This document shows, piece after piece, positions 28,701 to 41,919 of a DNA stretch of 64,000 bases. How positions within the stretch are numbered: position 1 is the first letter of the stretch; every line of letters starts with the position of its first letter. The stretch is taken from assembly GCA_003344405.1 (NCBI GenBank), contig NOWV01000032.1, positions 496,001 through 560,000 on the forward strand, read 5' to 3'. Source of the DNA: Trichoplax sp. H2. Lineage: Eukaryota. Made by a program: the position numbers and the translations under genes. The notes under the pieces are model-generated. The model was given only the letters and a program-made list of their open reading frames with translations, was not told the origin of the DNA and did not search any database.

Positions 28701-31032
28701 AATCTACATTATGAAACTTACCGTATTAACTGACCAGAAGTAACAGTCATTAGTTTCTGAGATTGATTCGAGTTCCAGTTTTCGTTTGATGTTTAGCACT
28801 TTTTATTTGAACTGACATTGGAATTCTCACAAGTGTTTAAATATTAGTCTTTAGTGTCATGACTTATCTCTACATTGTATATATGGTCAAGTAATACTTT
28901 GCTGCTTAGCATAATAGGTCGATTGTCGATTTGTGCCTTTTAGCATCGTACAATGTTACAAGTACAACTTGTCCTCGACTTTTTAAACTCGAATTGGCGA
29001 GACTTGCCACATTTTTTAGAAATTTGGAATACAATGCGATGCACGTTCATACTAAAGGATTTTTACATCCTATCTAATCTGTATACGTATACTGATGTCA
29101 TACTGATCGTATACTCCATATCGCTATAGTTTACAGCTATTTTGTGGTACAATGAGAGCATGTCATTAGATTTTTTGCCGGATATATTTAACAATGATGA
29201 ATGATTTTATAAAATTAACTATTGTATCTCTAAGTGATAGGATGCATTTATACACGTAAAACAACCTATAGCATTAGCAATTATGTAGCAATGTACTTTA
29301 TGGAGTAGTATGTCTTTCGAACCGTAACATCATGAAACATAGTCAACTATCATACGATCAATAGAGCATTTCGAAATTCCACCGCTTCACAACGAGAGCT
29401 GCCGAAGCATATATCATACTCGAAAAATCGATGTTGATAAACTTAAAAAGGTATATTTTTTATTTTACTGATAACATGACGATATAACCGTAAGGGTCTT
29501 CCTCTCATTTTCAGATAAAAAAGCCTATAGATATCTTTTTTTCGCATGATTGGCCACTTGGTATTTACAACTATGGGGATAAGAGAGATCTAATCAGACG
29601 CAAACCCTTCTTCAAGGATGAGGTAGGATCATTCTGAATAAATTTGTGTCGTATTTGAATTAAGTTAAAATCTAATTTGTTTAGATCGACAGAAATGCTC
29701 TAGGAAGCCCTTGCGGTTTCGAACTGCTTCGCCAATTACAACCTTCCTATTGGTTTGCAGGACACTTACATGTAAAATTTGCAGCTATTGTTCCTCATGA
29801 AAATCGAGAAAAGCAACCAAAATATACTAAATTTCTGGCGTTAGATAAATGTTTACCCAATCGAGATTTCTTACAAGTATATATAGTACTTCAGAATCAC
29901 AGCTGTTTTTCGCGCTTTTCTAGTATGACAGTGTCATTTATGCTATGTGCCTGTTTGCGTAGTATGTAATATTACATCACTAAATATGTTGCTACTCGGT
30001 ATCATTTTAGATCCTTGAATTTGCTGAAAAGGATCCTGAAATAATGAATTTATCCTATGACCTAGAATGGCTAAAGATTCTAAATTCTACACATCCAGTT
30101 GGGTGCGTCGATAATTTATGTGCATTAAATGTAATTGTGGTACTATAGCTAATAATTACTTGCTGTAAAATTCAATATTCCTTTTATAAGTAATACCACT
30201 CATCTTCGCGCTGATGTGATGATAAATACTTATTTAGCGAGGAATTATCAGAAAACGAGATTCTTGATGCTTTTGGAACTGATTTAACGGTAAGTATTGC
30301 ACTGTCATTCTCGATCGGATGCGTTAGACGGCTAAAATCATGTGCAAACGAAAATGTTAGATTCCGAAAAACTTTGAGAGATCTGCTCCACTGCATTTAG
30401 ATAATGCTGTACAAGGTAAATAATTCGTATTTTGATATGAATAAGCTAGTAATGTGTTGAACAGCTTGCCTTTTAAAGATACTTATGTATTTTCAAAGCT
30501 TCGAAAAGCTACCACGAGAATTCACAGACGGCGAGGTTCTGTAACAAGTTGAAAATCATAAATCCTTGCCATTCAAGTAGTAAGTGTTATCGCTCTAAAG
30601 ATATTCTTCGATATAAAGAATACGGAAATTTGCTTAAATATAGCATTACTAAATAAAGACTGCCTGTTTCATGCTAAGATTTATTTGCATCATCTAGTAT
30701 TGTACCGTAGTATATATTTAACTATTTGAGGAAGTCATTTCTTAGATCGAGATTGATTTGAACGATGTGATCGTTATATAAAAATGCCTTTTGTTTTCCT
30801 TAATGAATTTATGATTATAATGATAGGTGTCGCTTCAAAGCCGATGTTACGTGATCCCGTTGTAAATCCAGAAGATATTGATTTTAATAATGTTAAGTAT
30901 GCGGAGGTTCAGAATGAACTTAATTTAGATAGCAATCAGTCTGATTGCAAACAACATATTAGGCAAAGTGAAAGGCCTTATTGTTTGACTAATCCTATCA
31001 ATCCTGATGAGATTGCGATCGATGATGAATAG
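25742..31032 (+). CDS. DBR1: RNA lariat debranching enzyme
   Basis: [17 protein letters not shown]...[14 protein letters not shown]...|...FIGGNHE...|[60 protein letters not shown], and C-terminal [10 protein letters not shown]. Confidence 0.96.
26876..27485 (+). mobile_element. Dispersed repeat, copy A (in DBR1 intron 2); Helitron-like
   Basis: Closely similar and in the same orientation as 62939-63988 (TTTGCTGACGGTTTACGATAATGTAC... through ...AAGAATCTTATACTGAC). Confidence 0.75.
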
Positions 31033-31576
31033 CAGTGTTATCATGCCACTGTTTCCAATTTTTACGATTCTAAGCTAATTCAAGATCAACGATGTTATTG
31101 TTGCAGTAGCGATACAAGTAAACCTTCAAACTTTTGTATCTTTATGGAAGCTCAATAAATTATATGAGACCAAAATAAATACAGTATACTGTATAATTTT
31201 TAGATATTAGAATTCTTTGCATTCTAATGAAGAAGACAATAGATATCCAAAAGTCTAGAAGTATTCTGAATGACAGTAAGAAAAAGGCCATGTCTATAAT
31301 AAATGAAAATTACTCCCAGAGTATTATGAAGTTTAGTTTGCACATGTCCACACGAATTGGACTTGATATAGTAAGTAATTTAAACAGATAAAGCTACACA
31401 CTTCTAGTAAGATACATAACAAACGCAGGCAGTAAAAATAATACTATCAAAATATCTTTAATGTTTGTCAGTTTACAAATTAATGATCCTAATAATTTAC
31501 ATATACTATGCATTTAGATCAAGTGACCGCAAGCACAAATTGTAACAATATAGTCAGTAAATAAATTTATTTCAAT

Positions 31577-33862
31577 TTAAATTGATTTCTTTTCCTTTTC
31601 AAGGTAGTCCTTAGCTTCATTTATTTTCGCTGCCAGGTATGGGGAACCACCTAGAAAATATCAAGATAATATCTAATTAAAACTAACAGAAAATAGACAT
31701 GTATTCAATAAGTGTCTGAAGCAATCATAGTGCTCAGTATCACCTCTATCCGGATGATTCAGCAACATAATTCTTCTATGAGCTTCTCTAACTCGTTCTT
31801 TACCTGATGTAGAGCTATTAATAGTAAACTTTAATGTTAATGTCTCGATAACGGCTATGTTGTAGTAAGCGCAAACTGATGCTACTATACTGATACTGCA
31901 GTTTATAATTGCAATCCTTAATCAAGGTTACAAATTACCTGAATATATAAAGTTTACCATTAGATATACAATATATACAACCTTATTCCCAAGATTAAGC
32001 CAGCTTCTCTTCTTGTCATTTTTTCCTCAAATCCGCCTTTATAATATCCTTTTAAATTCTAGGTACAGAAAATATAAAATATATATATACACTCATTCTG
32101 AAGAATACGTTATTGCTTAGCTAAAGAATGAGAGAGAATACCATACTACTCAGTACACCCATATGACAAATTGAAAATTGTAATCATTAAACGATATATC
32201 TTTACATTTTCCCGCGAAACAGAAGAATTTAAGAGACTGATATTAATGCAGTGAGATCCATCAAACGGACAATTCTCATTACATTGTCAAAAAAGAAGTA
32301 TCAAATTTAAAAAAAATATTTAACTTAAGGACGGCACGCAATCACTAAGTACTATAGTTGGTATTTACTTATCGTACTTGTATTTATGATAAAAGTGGTA
32401 TTCATGAATATTTATTCGGGTGTATGGTGCTATAAAAATGCAGTAATGAGGGTGAGATGGACAATCCCTTGCAATAGAGTCAATAACTGTTTTATCAATC
32501 GTAGACTACTATACTATAAAAATAGTACAGTGCCCTCGTAGTCCAGGCCTAACGTTTATAGGGAATCTCGTTCCAATTTTAGCCGTCAGCTATCACTCGT
32601 AAGTTTTGAGATCTCAAGGCTATTGATATTGATTGACCTAGAGCATTGTTACTATTAAAAGTGTCGCTAGAAAGCTATAAAATTGCTATTACAAAGCAAA
32701 ATCGTGGCATGAACCTAGAACTGCAACTAACGACTCACCAGCTTCGGCACTGTAATCGATATGTTTGAAGATTTTATCCTTTGCATGGCAATCATTGCCC
32801 ATCTTCCTGGAATGAATTTAAAGCCATGAACAAAATGTTGTATTGCAAAAAATGTAACTTTAACTTAAAAATTTAACGAAACAAATTACTCTACAATTAT
32901 ACTTTGATACTAACTAGCATTAAATGAATTGGCACTTAAAGGGTCGAATACACTAGTAATAAATACGTACGTATGTCGTATGTACAGTATATCCATTGTA
33001 GTCATTTTGGTATTACTGTATTTACGTTGTATCTGTGTAAACCGCACATTGCACTGTAGTTGAAATTTTTGTGACAATTTTTTATTACTAATATACTGTA
33101 TTACCATTAATTTGCGAATTGTAACGGCAAAGCGGTATGGGAATACAGTAACAGAGGCGAGCGATATTCGATAGCTATAGTTACTTCATAAATTTGAAAT
33201 GTACACAGTACTATTATTTCACTTATAACTGCAATTTTCTTCTGGCGTCGACTGCTACAGATCGGGGTCAGACTATCATAATACAGTACTGTAATACGTA
33301 TCTGCATCAATGTTGCAATGTCTTGAGATCTAATGAGCTGTTTTGCCTGGTACACTGTAGTAGGCCTTATTTACAAAATTTTAAATGGAGAATACCTGTA
33401 GGCACTACTAGAGAGAAAGGCATATGGGTGGAATACAGCAATAGCACTTACTAGTAATACAGTACTATTAAGATCGTATCGTAATTTTAAATTGATCATA
33501 TTAATAAAGTTCAGTCTCCAATTAAAATTTGTAATGCAAGAAAGAAAACTGATGCTGTAGCAGTCAATCTTTTCTAAACCAAACTGTGACGAGTAGGTTT
33601 TTGAATATAAGGTTGGAGATTGATCAGCATTTTCAACGCGTACACTCCAGCTTTACCGAATGTTAAAAACTGATCTTTAAGTTCGGATCATATTACACAA
33701 TTACGTTTGATTATTTGAAAAAACCTTGAAATTTTTACCTCCGAGAGCAATACCAGCTAATCCAAGGCCAGCAACAATTAATGAACTCTGTAAGTAAAGT
33801 TTAGTTATTAGTTAAAATAATTAAACAAAATAAATGAGTCCCGATATGCATTAGTATACCAT
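31577..33862 (-). CDS. DNAJC19: Mitochondrial import J-protein TIM14/PAM18
   Basis: ATG-only first exon, then SSLIVAGLGLAGIALG|GRW...|GYYKGGFEEKMTRREAGLILG|...REAHRRIMLLNHPDRG|GSPYLAAKINEAKDYLE...*. Confidence 0.95.
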
Positions 33863-34016
33863 CCTAAAAATTTTGACGTCGACGACTTTTGTCTTGTCCG
33901 TTAACGCTAATGCTTAATATTAATTTATTAAATCTATTTCGAAGTAAGTACTATAATTAGTTATACGTGCACAGTGTAACCGATGTGCAGGCCAATAAGA
34001 GTGGCCAATTATTATT

Positions 34017-34360
34017 TTACAGTACTGGTCATTGCATCACGGTACTGTACTGTACTGTACTGCATAGCATGCCTAGCATGCCTACAGTACAGTACAGTAC
34101 TGTAGAGTAGTGTACAGTACAGTACAGTACACTGCACTGTATGCTGTTCTACCGTGCTCCCTACAGTACCTTACTACTGTACAGTATACTGTACAGTACA
34201 GTACAGTACTGTACAGTACATGTTCTACTGTATTGTACTGTACAGTACGGTACAGGGTTGACTTTTCTGTCATCGGTTGATGCCAGTGATGTAATCTTTT
34301 TGTACACTATACTGTACTGTACTGTACTATCAAGTACAGTGTACGCTGTACAGTCCTGTA
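34017..34360. repeat. (CAGTA/TACTG)n array in the DNAJC19/STX8 divergent promoter
   Basis: Long GTACTGTACTGTAC and GTACAGTACAGTAC runs. Confidence 0.9.
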
Positions 34361-35092
34361 CGAGTGAAGAATCAACTGGTTATTATAGATTTGTAATTTA
34401 TAAGAAAGATCGTCAGCAAGGCGACGAGTGATCGTACTAATACAATAGTAAAACAGTACTGCAGTAGATCCTTATTGAAGTTGGACCTTAATAAAATTCA
34501 CTCAACTGTACAAGTACAGCCCGGCCTAAATTGTTTTGCACAGCACTGATGTACAACAGTACAAGTAAACCCGTAAATAATAACAGGTTCGTTTGCTTTG
34601 CAAGTCATTATTTACGTTAAGCTAATTATATTATATTTATTTCATAATTATGTACGATGTGCGTAAGCGTAACATAGCGTTATTCGTGGTTTATGTGGAG
34701 TACATGATACTGCTTAACAGGCGTTCATAAATGTAGAGTATGAGTACAGAATAGATTGGAATCAAATTCGTATAACTTTAGATAAATAGTTGTTACAACC
34801 AACCAATTTTCATGCAATCGTTTCGGATTCTTCGCTTTGTACGTTCAATTGTTGTAACGGAAATATGCAATTCGTTAATTTATAGATACTCGTACATATC
34901 CTTGTATTACCTGCAAAGGAGTCATTGAAAGCCAACTATTATACAGCGCAAAATAAAAGCTTATAGGTATAATAACAGATCAAGTATTAACCTTTAATCT
35001 AAGTGTAAATACTGTAACCTGTGAGGGAGAAGTTAAAGTTTGATCAGTGCAAACTTTCATGTGCTTTTTAGAGATTTACCCTAGGTCCCAGT

Positions 35093-36238
35093 ATGGAACG
35101 AGAACATATCGTCAGTGAGAGGTAAGTATTTATTGGTATCTGTGGTTAATATCAAGAACTTACTAATTCATTTGAGGCATTAATTATTAAAAATTTCTTC
35201 AGCTTTTGCTGCATGGAGTGATCTGTTTGTATAATATTATAAGTTATCTGTGCACTAGCCCATTTCGTTAGTCTTATCTGAAATTAGTCATAGTCATTCT
35301 GTATATCTGTATCTTTACCTGACTTCATTTAATGGTGGTAAAGTATGATAGATTTTGGTCTTTATCCCTATCGTCATAGAGACGCTCTACTTGGCGACAA
35401 CTTATACAGATATAATACACTAAACCCGAAAGAACCTGTTGCAATATATTCGAAAAATGCTGACATGAAACAGCAACAGCAGCAAATAATGAAAGGTAAT
35501 ATTGTCTTAATAAGGTAAAATATTATGTATAAAATGAAACCGCTCGACTTATAACTTTCGCTAAGCTTCATGTAGTTTGCGTTCTCTGTGATCAAAATTA
35601 AAATAATTAAACACAATTCTATATCATTTCTTAAGAACAAGACGAAGGAATTGAAGCGTTATCTGCTGTAATTCAGCGCCAAAAAGAAATGAGTCATGCC
35701 ATATCAAATGAAATCGAAACGCAAAATGGTTGATTTTCGTATTTTTTCTTAGCTATTTGTGTGAAAGTAATATGCTTAATTGTTCTTACGGTCTTCGCTT
35801 CTAAAGACTATTTCTTTCGTGCATATACTCCTGTTAGATATCATAACGGAGATATCTGAAAATACTACTGATGTAGATATTAAAATCCAGTATGAAACCA
35901 GACGAGTCGATAGAATTACTACTAAAGCTTCCTTCTGTCGTAAGTAAATATATAGTAATTTGATGCTAATAAGATAGTACGATGTGCTTGCTCGTCAGAT
36001 TTTACATCATTGCCTAAAGTGTTGTTCTAGAATGTGAAGGACAGTGAGAAAAAGATAGCAGTTACTACGTTACTATCTATACAAGAATCTTCAAATCTAA
36101 CTTACCATTTCCTCCTTTTTACACATATGTCAAGTAATTATACGCATATCTATCCTCCTTTTACTAGTTACCTACCTAATCATATTTCTGCTACTACTTG
36201 CCATTATTATAATCGCTGCAGTTCCGTTTGGTAAATAA
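35093..36238 (+). CDS. STX8: Syntaxin-8-like Qc-SNARE (short N-terminus)
   Basis: Exons ~35093-35121, 35380-35494, 35637-35729, 35838-35939 and 36168-36238 give ...MKQQQQQIMKEQDEGIEALSAVIQRQKEMSHAISNEIETQNDIITEI...ETRRVDRITTKASFCLTYLIIFLLLLAIIIIAAVPFGK*. Compare STX8 'RQQQQKIIQEQDAGLDALSSIISRQKQMGQEIGNELDEQNEII...ETRRV...SCGMIMVILLLLVAIVVVAVWP'. Confidence 0.85.
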
Positions 36239-37468
36239 GCTAGATCAGGTATTGTATTAGTCTGTATATACTCGTACAAAAAATTAATGGTGGCGCAATA
36301 AGAATTTTCGTAAAGTTGTTAAAGCTTGCAGTAAGTTACTAACAGTAAATAAATTTGCAAAATTACTTTATCTGAATTGGAAGGTGTGCACTATGATAAC
36401 TTGCGTGCCGATGATGAACTGTAAATCGAGTCATACTTCAAAAGGATATTACGAAGTTAACGCAACTACAGCTAGTGACGACTGGAGCACATAGGGATTT
36501 TTCAATGATTTGCGCTGTAATCTTTTACAGGACCCTTTGTCTACTTATCGTGGAATGTCTAAATGATTTCTTAGGCACTTTACATTAATCATAAGTACTC
36601 GTAATTATAAATTAAATCTGTTCAGGGATAAAAGCAGTGTGTCTCAAGTGAAATTAAAGGTGTAGAACTTTGACTTGCCTGTAAGGCAACTATAACTAAA
36701 ATTGCACTGGCTTTTCTTAGGATCCAGTTTGTATGACACAGTATAATGTGATATCCTATATTTCAAAGCGGCAACACTAAATTACATAGATAATGTTTTA
36801 CATACCATTGTATTTAAATGTCATGTTAATTAATTAGAATACTCGTTAAAAATTAGTGATGGATGCCTGAGTCGAAGGATCAAGTTATTGTATAGCTATA
36901 TAGATTTGGTCAGCGATCTTAACTCTTGACGCATGAATTGTAAATTTTTACAGTTATCAATATTCGATGCTATAAACGTTGCCGGCTTTCTGTATTAACT
37001 AGAATTTAATTGACAACTATATAGTTAACACTAGGTGAAATAACAGGTGATCCTGTTTTATATTCTTGAAGTATAGCATTACATAGTATTTTATCGCTAC
37101 TCATTAGAATTTATAAATCTTATATTGTTTATGGTCCAGAATAAACTAACAGTTAAATTTATTCTATACAAGATTTATATTTATGAAATTGAAAGTGCAG
37201 ATGCATACCATAAATTAGTTGATAAAATGTTATCCGATAATATGATTGTGGTATGCAAAAACAAATCAAAATGCTTTATTAATAAAGATTTACTTGAATT
37301 CTATCAAGGCAACAAATAAATATTGTTACGAGAAAATTGTCCGACATTGCGTTACTGTAATAACATTGGTTACATTAAGATTAAGCATTATATAAAACTA
37401 ACTAAATTGGAAAGCATTTGCATAGACGACGATTTGACACATTTTTCTCTAATATTAAAAGATAATTA

Positions 37469-38772
37469 CTACAATCTACCACACGTTTGCGAAACACTTT
37501 TGTCGATTGTTTGTATTAGTTTTGTTTCAACTTTAGTATTCCACAAGGTCACGTAAGAGTTATGGTCGAGTATAAAGCTTCCGTCTCCTTTCATTACTTC
37601 ACCTCTCATTAATATTAAGTACTCGCGACCAATCCTCAGTTTTGGACATCTACATTTCACATGATTTAAGGTAACCCAGAATGATTGTATTGTTCGACCA
37701 ATCTTAATGATTGCCCGTGATTGTTTATATATTTCGCTAATTGATACTTCGAACTTTGCCCAGTCCTTAAAGTTTTTCCTCGATAAGACTTTGCCTTTTA
37801 CAGCTAATATATTCGGTTTGATGGTATGATAAAAAAAGAATTTTAACTTCAACTGTCACTGTATCAATGCGCATCTTTAGTATTCCTGGCTGAACTATCG
37901 CTCGTAGATAAATATTTAGAGTGATGACAAACTTACCGTAATCTCGTTTACAATATCTTTTTACAGTCAAACTCTTTCTGTCATTATGACATTCTGGGCA
38001 TTCTAGCACGTGATAAACCTTTAAAATCAATCTTACTCATATTATCAGCTAACTTTTAACAAAATGTATGTGCGGTATTGCGCTTCCATAAGTAGTCTTA
38101 CCTTTTACATCAGCAAATTGATTTAAACCGGCAATAATTTCTTTAAATAAAAAATAAGTAATATTTCACATTACTTTTCAAGTTATTAGCAGGCAATAGA
38201 ATATAGTAAATTTTTTTAAAAAGTTACTTATGCAAGGCGCTACAGGTGACGAGCTTCTTTGATATTCAAAAAGACATTTATTACATGTCAACCCAGTTAC
38301 ACCTTCCTTGCAAGTGCACTGGCCTGTAGTTTGATTACAAACCCTTCCTCTAGATCCATATTGGTCACACGCGCACGCTATATGACAATTAAAAATTTAG
38401 TTTATGAATTCTATAGAACATTACATTAAATCATTTTTTATTGGAGTAATTCATAGAATCATTAAGATACTTCTTTTGATTGAACTTACGCTTGCACGCT
38501 TTACGAGAATGAATCGGCTGTGTTTGATCTCGGTAATAGCCTTCCTTACAGTAATTACAATATCTACCGTCAGTGTTATGATTACAGTCTCGGCAGACGC
38601 CGCCACTTTTTCCGCCAGACAATTTATACACGTCTTTATCAAAATTACATTTATTGGAATGTTTATTGCAATTGCAAGGTATGAAAGAAATTCCAAGCTT
38701 AATCGATTTGGAATCTATTGTTAGAGAATAGCATAATATCTCAGTTAAAACGATCAGTTCCAATAATCTCAT
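37469..38772 (-). CDS. Netrin-family protein: putative signal peptide + 2 laminin-EGF + NTR/C345C; no LamNT domain visible
   Basis: [12 protein letters not shown]...[32 protein letters not shown]...RKACK (V-2), [35 protein letters not shown]...SPVAPCI (V-3), and YCKRDY...WAKFEV...[14 protein letters not shown] (C345C). Confidence 0.88.
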
Positions 38773-41700
38773 GTTAAAACGCGACAGGCAATTTGATGCG
38801 ATCATGTAGAAAATGAAATGAACACGATTTCACTCGCATCGGTCTATCTGAAGCTATTAATTGGTACCATTGTTAAAATCATTATTGCAATTATTATAAC
38901 CAAAGGCATAGTTACCCATCATTTATTTGCTAACAACGACTTTGTATAACCTAGTCCCACAACAATGTAAACAATGATCAATGCTATAATGAATACGGTA
39001 ATTATTCCAATTTATGCATCTAATTTTTACCTTTATTCCAGAAGTAACACTAACAAAGTTTTCATAAGCTGTGATTGTTCGTAGCAAAAGTTTTAGAAAT
39101 TAAGCGGATAGGAATAAAATTTTGTAGAAAAAACGATGCCTTTATGACGCAATACGTGCATATATATAGATATACCTATTCTGTATACATACTGTATAAT
39201 ATACTATGTATATAGCACGTAGATAGAATGTTACTCAGTGCATGTTGCTGTAAATCTACTGATCCTACTTTTGAGCAGATTTCGAGTTACTTAAATAGCT
39301 ATATTTTAAATGCACTACCACTTTCGCATTTCTATAATACATAGTATTTATTGGCGTTATGAGAAATACTGGATATTATAATCGTTCCGCATAAATTGAT
39401 AAATGTCACGATAATTGAAGACATTTACATATAATACAAATTAAACAATGCCCTCAGCAACGACTAAAATAAACTTTTGCATATTTTCATGCTTGACGAT
39501 CTGTAAAGCAAAAATTAAGGGTAATATTGAGCTGATCATGTTAGTTGGTAGTACTAGTACACGTTATTTTCTCACGTGAGTTTTACCTGGAAGCTCCTGT
39601 CTTGTACCAATAGCACAAATCGCACTTAGTTCACTTAATTATCACAGTGCGTTAATTTTTTATCACCACGTTAAAATAAGCAAATTGTGAATATTAAGTA
39701 AGCGGCTATTAACAAGTTTATTGTAAATGTATTTCATATCTCAGAATACTTTACACCTATGATGTTGCAATTCTAATTATATGGAACACACAGCGAGGCT
39801 ACAAATTTTTTAATGGTTTATCTTTACTTCTCAATTATCACGCATGTAGGACTGAATAATTTCCGTAACGAGAGCTTGAATCGACAGAAATTTTCTAAAT
39901 AAGATTAAAAAGCATGAGGTCTCCATAGCTAGCAAACACCGTTCGATATGCTGTAACGAGATAAATTACTGTACATAATACTGGGTTTCGAATTTAACTT
40001 ACTGAGGTAGTCCTCAAAAAAATTCTTCGTGAGAACGTACCTTAAGAGACTCATCGTTAAGCGTGGAATCAATTCAAGAATGGATCGAAAACTTTATACT
40101 ATGTACCGTATACAGTATGATACCTTATTCTTTAGTACTGTAAATCACAAGACTTAGGTATACAGTACGCTGCTCGGTATGATATCATATCAGTTTGTAA
40201 CATTTTGAACTTATAATAAATTATGAAATCATCAGCTTCTGAGGCCTAACGGCTTTAAGCGTAGCCTACAAATGAATTTGAATTGCAACGGTAGGAAAAG
40301 AGTATCAAGTTGATTCGAAAATGGTGTTAGTGACTCACAATCAGTAAGGCTACCCTAAATAGAATTTAATGAGATCTGGAAGATAACTTATTTACTCCTC
40401 TATCTCCGTCTCCAGGTAGCGATCAGTTTCCTTCTAAATTTGCGGTCGATTCTTCACGAGTTCATGCACACGTAATTACGTCACGTGCACATTGTGACGG
40501 TAAATCTAGACGTGTGAAATAGACGTCTACTGTTTATTCTTTTCACCAATCGCCCGCACTGTAGAAATGTATTAAGTTAATAGATGTAAAGTAATTTACA
40601 TCTTTAATTATTCTACTTAAATACACCAGTGAATTAGCTAGTCAATGCGATATTTCCTAATATAATATGTATCAAATACCGCGTGAGCAAGTTAGATTCA
40701 TAGTGCTATTCCTTCAGCTACCCGCTGGTAAAGACTTCAGACGAATTTAGCACTTTTTGTAGCAGAGTTTTCGCCTAACGGTGCTATGATTTGAACTTTC
40801 TCAAACTGTAAAATCGCACATGTACATTGTACAGTACAGTATATCACAACAAATAGTACATGCATACACGGATCCGTTTTGTATGTATGATAGTGCAATT
40901 TAATTTTCAAATAAAATACTCGTAAATTTATTATTACTATCTATAAATCGGACTTCCGCCATCGTAATGATTCCCCAGCAACTGATAGACTACTGCCATC
41001 GAAACTTATAGTGGTTCATCACAATGTTATTAATTAGCAATACTTAGTAACGTATTGTATACAGTCTACTATCAGTGAAGAACTGTAGTAATACACAGTA
41101 TTATGATTCGTGGAGTTAAGATATAGCTCAATAGGTTAGAGAGAAGATTTAAGAGTATTGTCGATACTTAAGAGACACTCGGTTAAGAAATACTGTACTG
41201 TATTTAGAACTGAGTAATCCAGACAGATCGTGCAGTATTAATAATAATTAATTAGATTACACTCATTACAGTACAGTAGATTATACAGTATATCATACTG
41301 TACTGTACAGTACTGTATAATAACCGATGGGATCGACTAGTAAGACTGTATTTCGACACAGTAGTAGCAGAAGCTTGAAGGGAAATTCTCTTAAATTTAT
41401 ACTGTATGGTGCAGTATATAACTGAAGCTGCATAGCTGTAAGTTGGAGTCGGATTTAGGGGACTAAATTTACTTCGGATTCGGAGTGGATAAGAAGGAAG
41501 TTGCAAAACACTGTTGTATAGTGTATAACTCCTCTACTTTACGTCCACACGAAACAGCAAAGATATAAAAATACAAAATACGGTAAATATTACAAGAGTA
41601 AAAGAGGCCCGGTCAATGACCGGGTGTTGAGCGTTATTAGTTGCGTAAAAATGTTTCGCAGAGTGCGAGACTGTAAGCGAGCTGTTGGCGTTTCCGCTAA

Positions 41701-41919
41701 GTAACGGGCAGATTAGCGTTCACGATGTTGTTTTAATCCCCTATCTCCTGGAGTTTCGGCTGAACGACAGACAGTGAGCTTTGCGTTCGCGAAGTAATCG
41801 TATTCTTTTCTGACCACGCGTTTCCGTATTCTCCGACTTGATAGATGGATACAATAATTAATTAATTAATTGATGATATATTAGATTTAGGCTCTACTAG
41901 TGAAGACCGTAAATAATGA

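Noticed and set aside
38679..38710. AT-AC minor intron ending before netrin V-2
   Set aside because: There is no TCCTTAAC-like branch site near the AC, and no upstream coding exon with an ATATCC donor was found.
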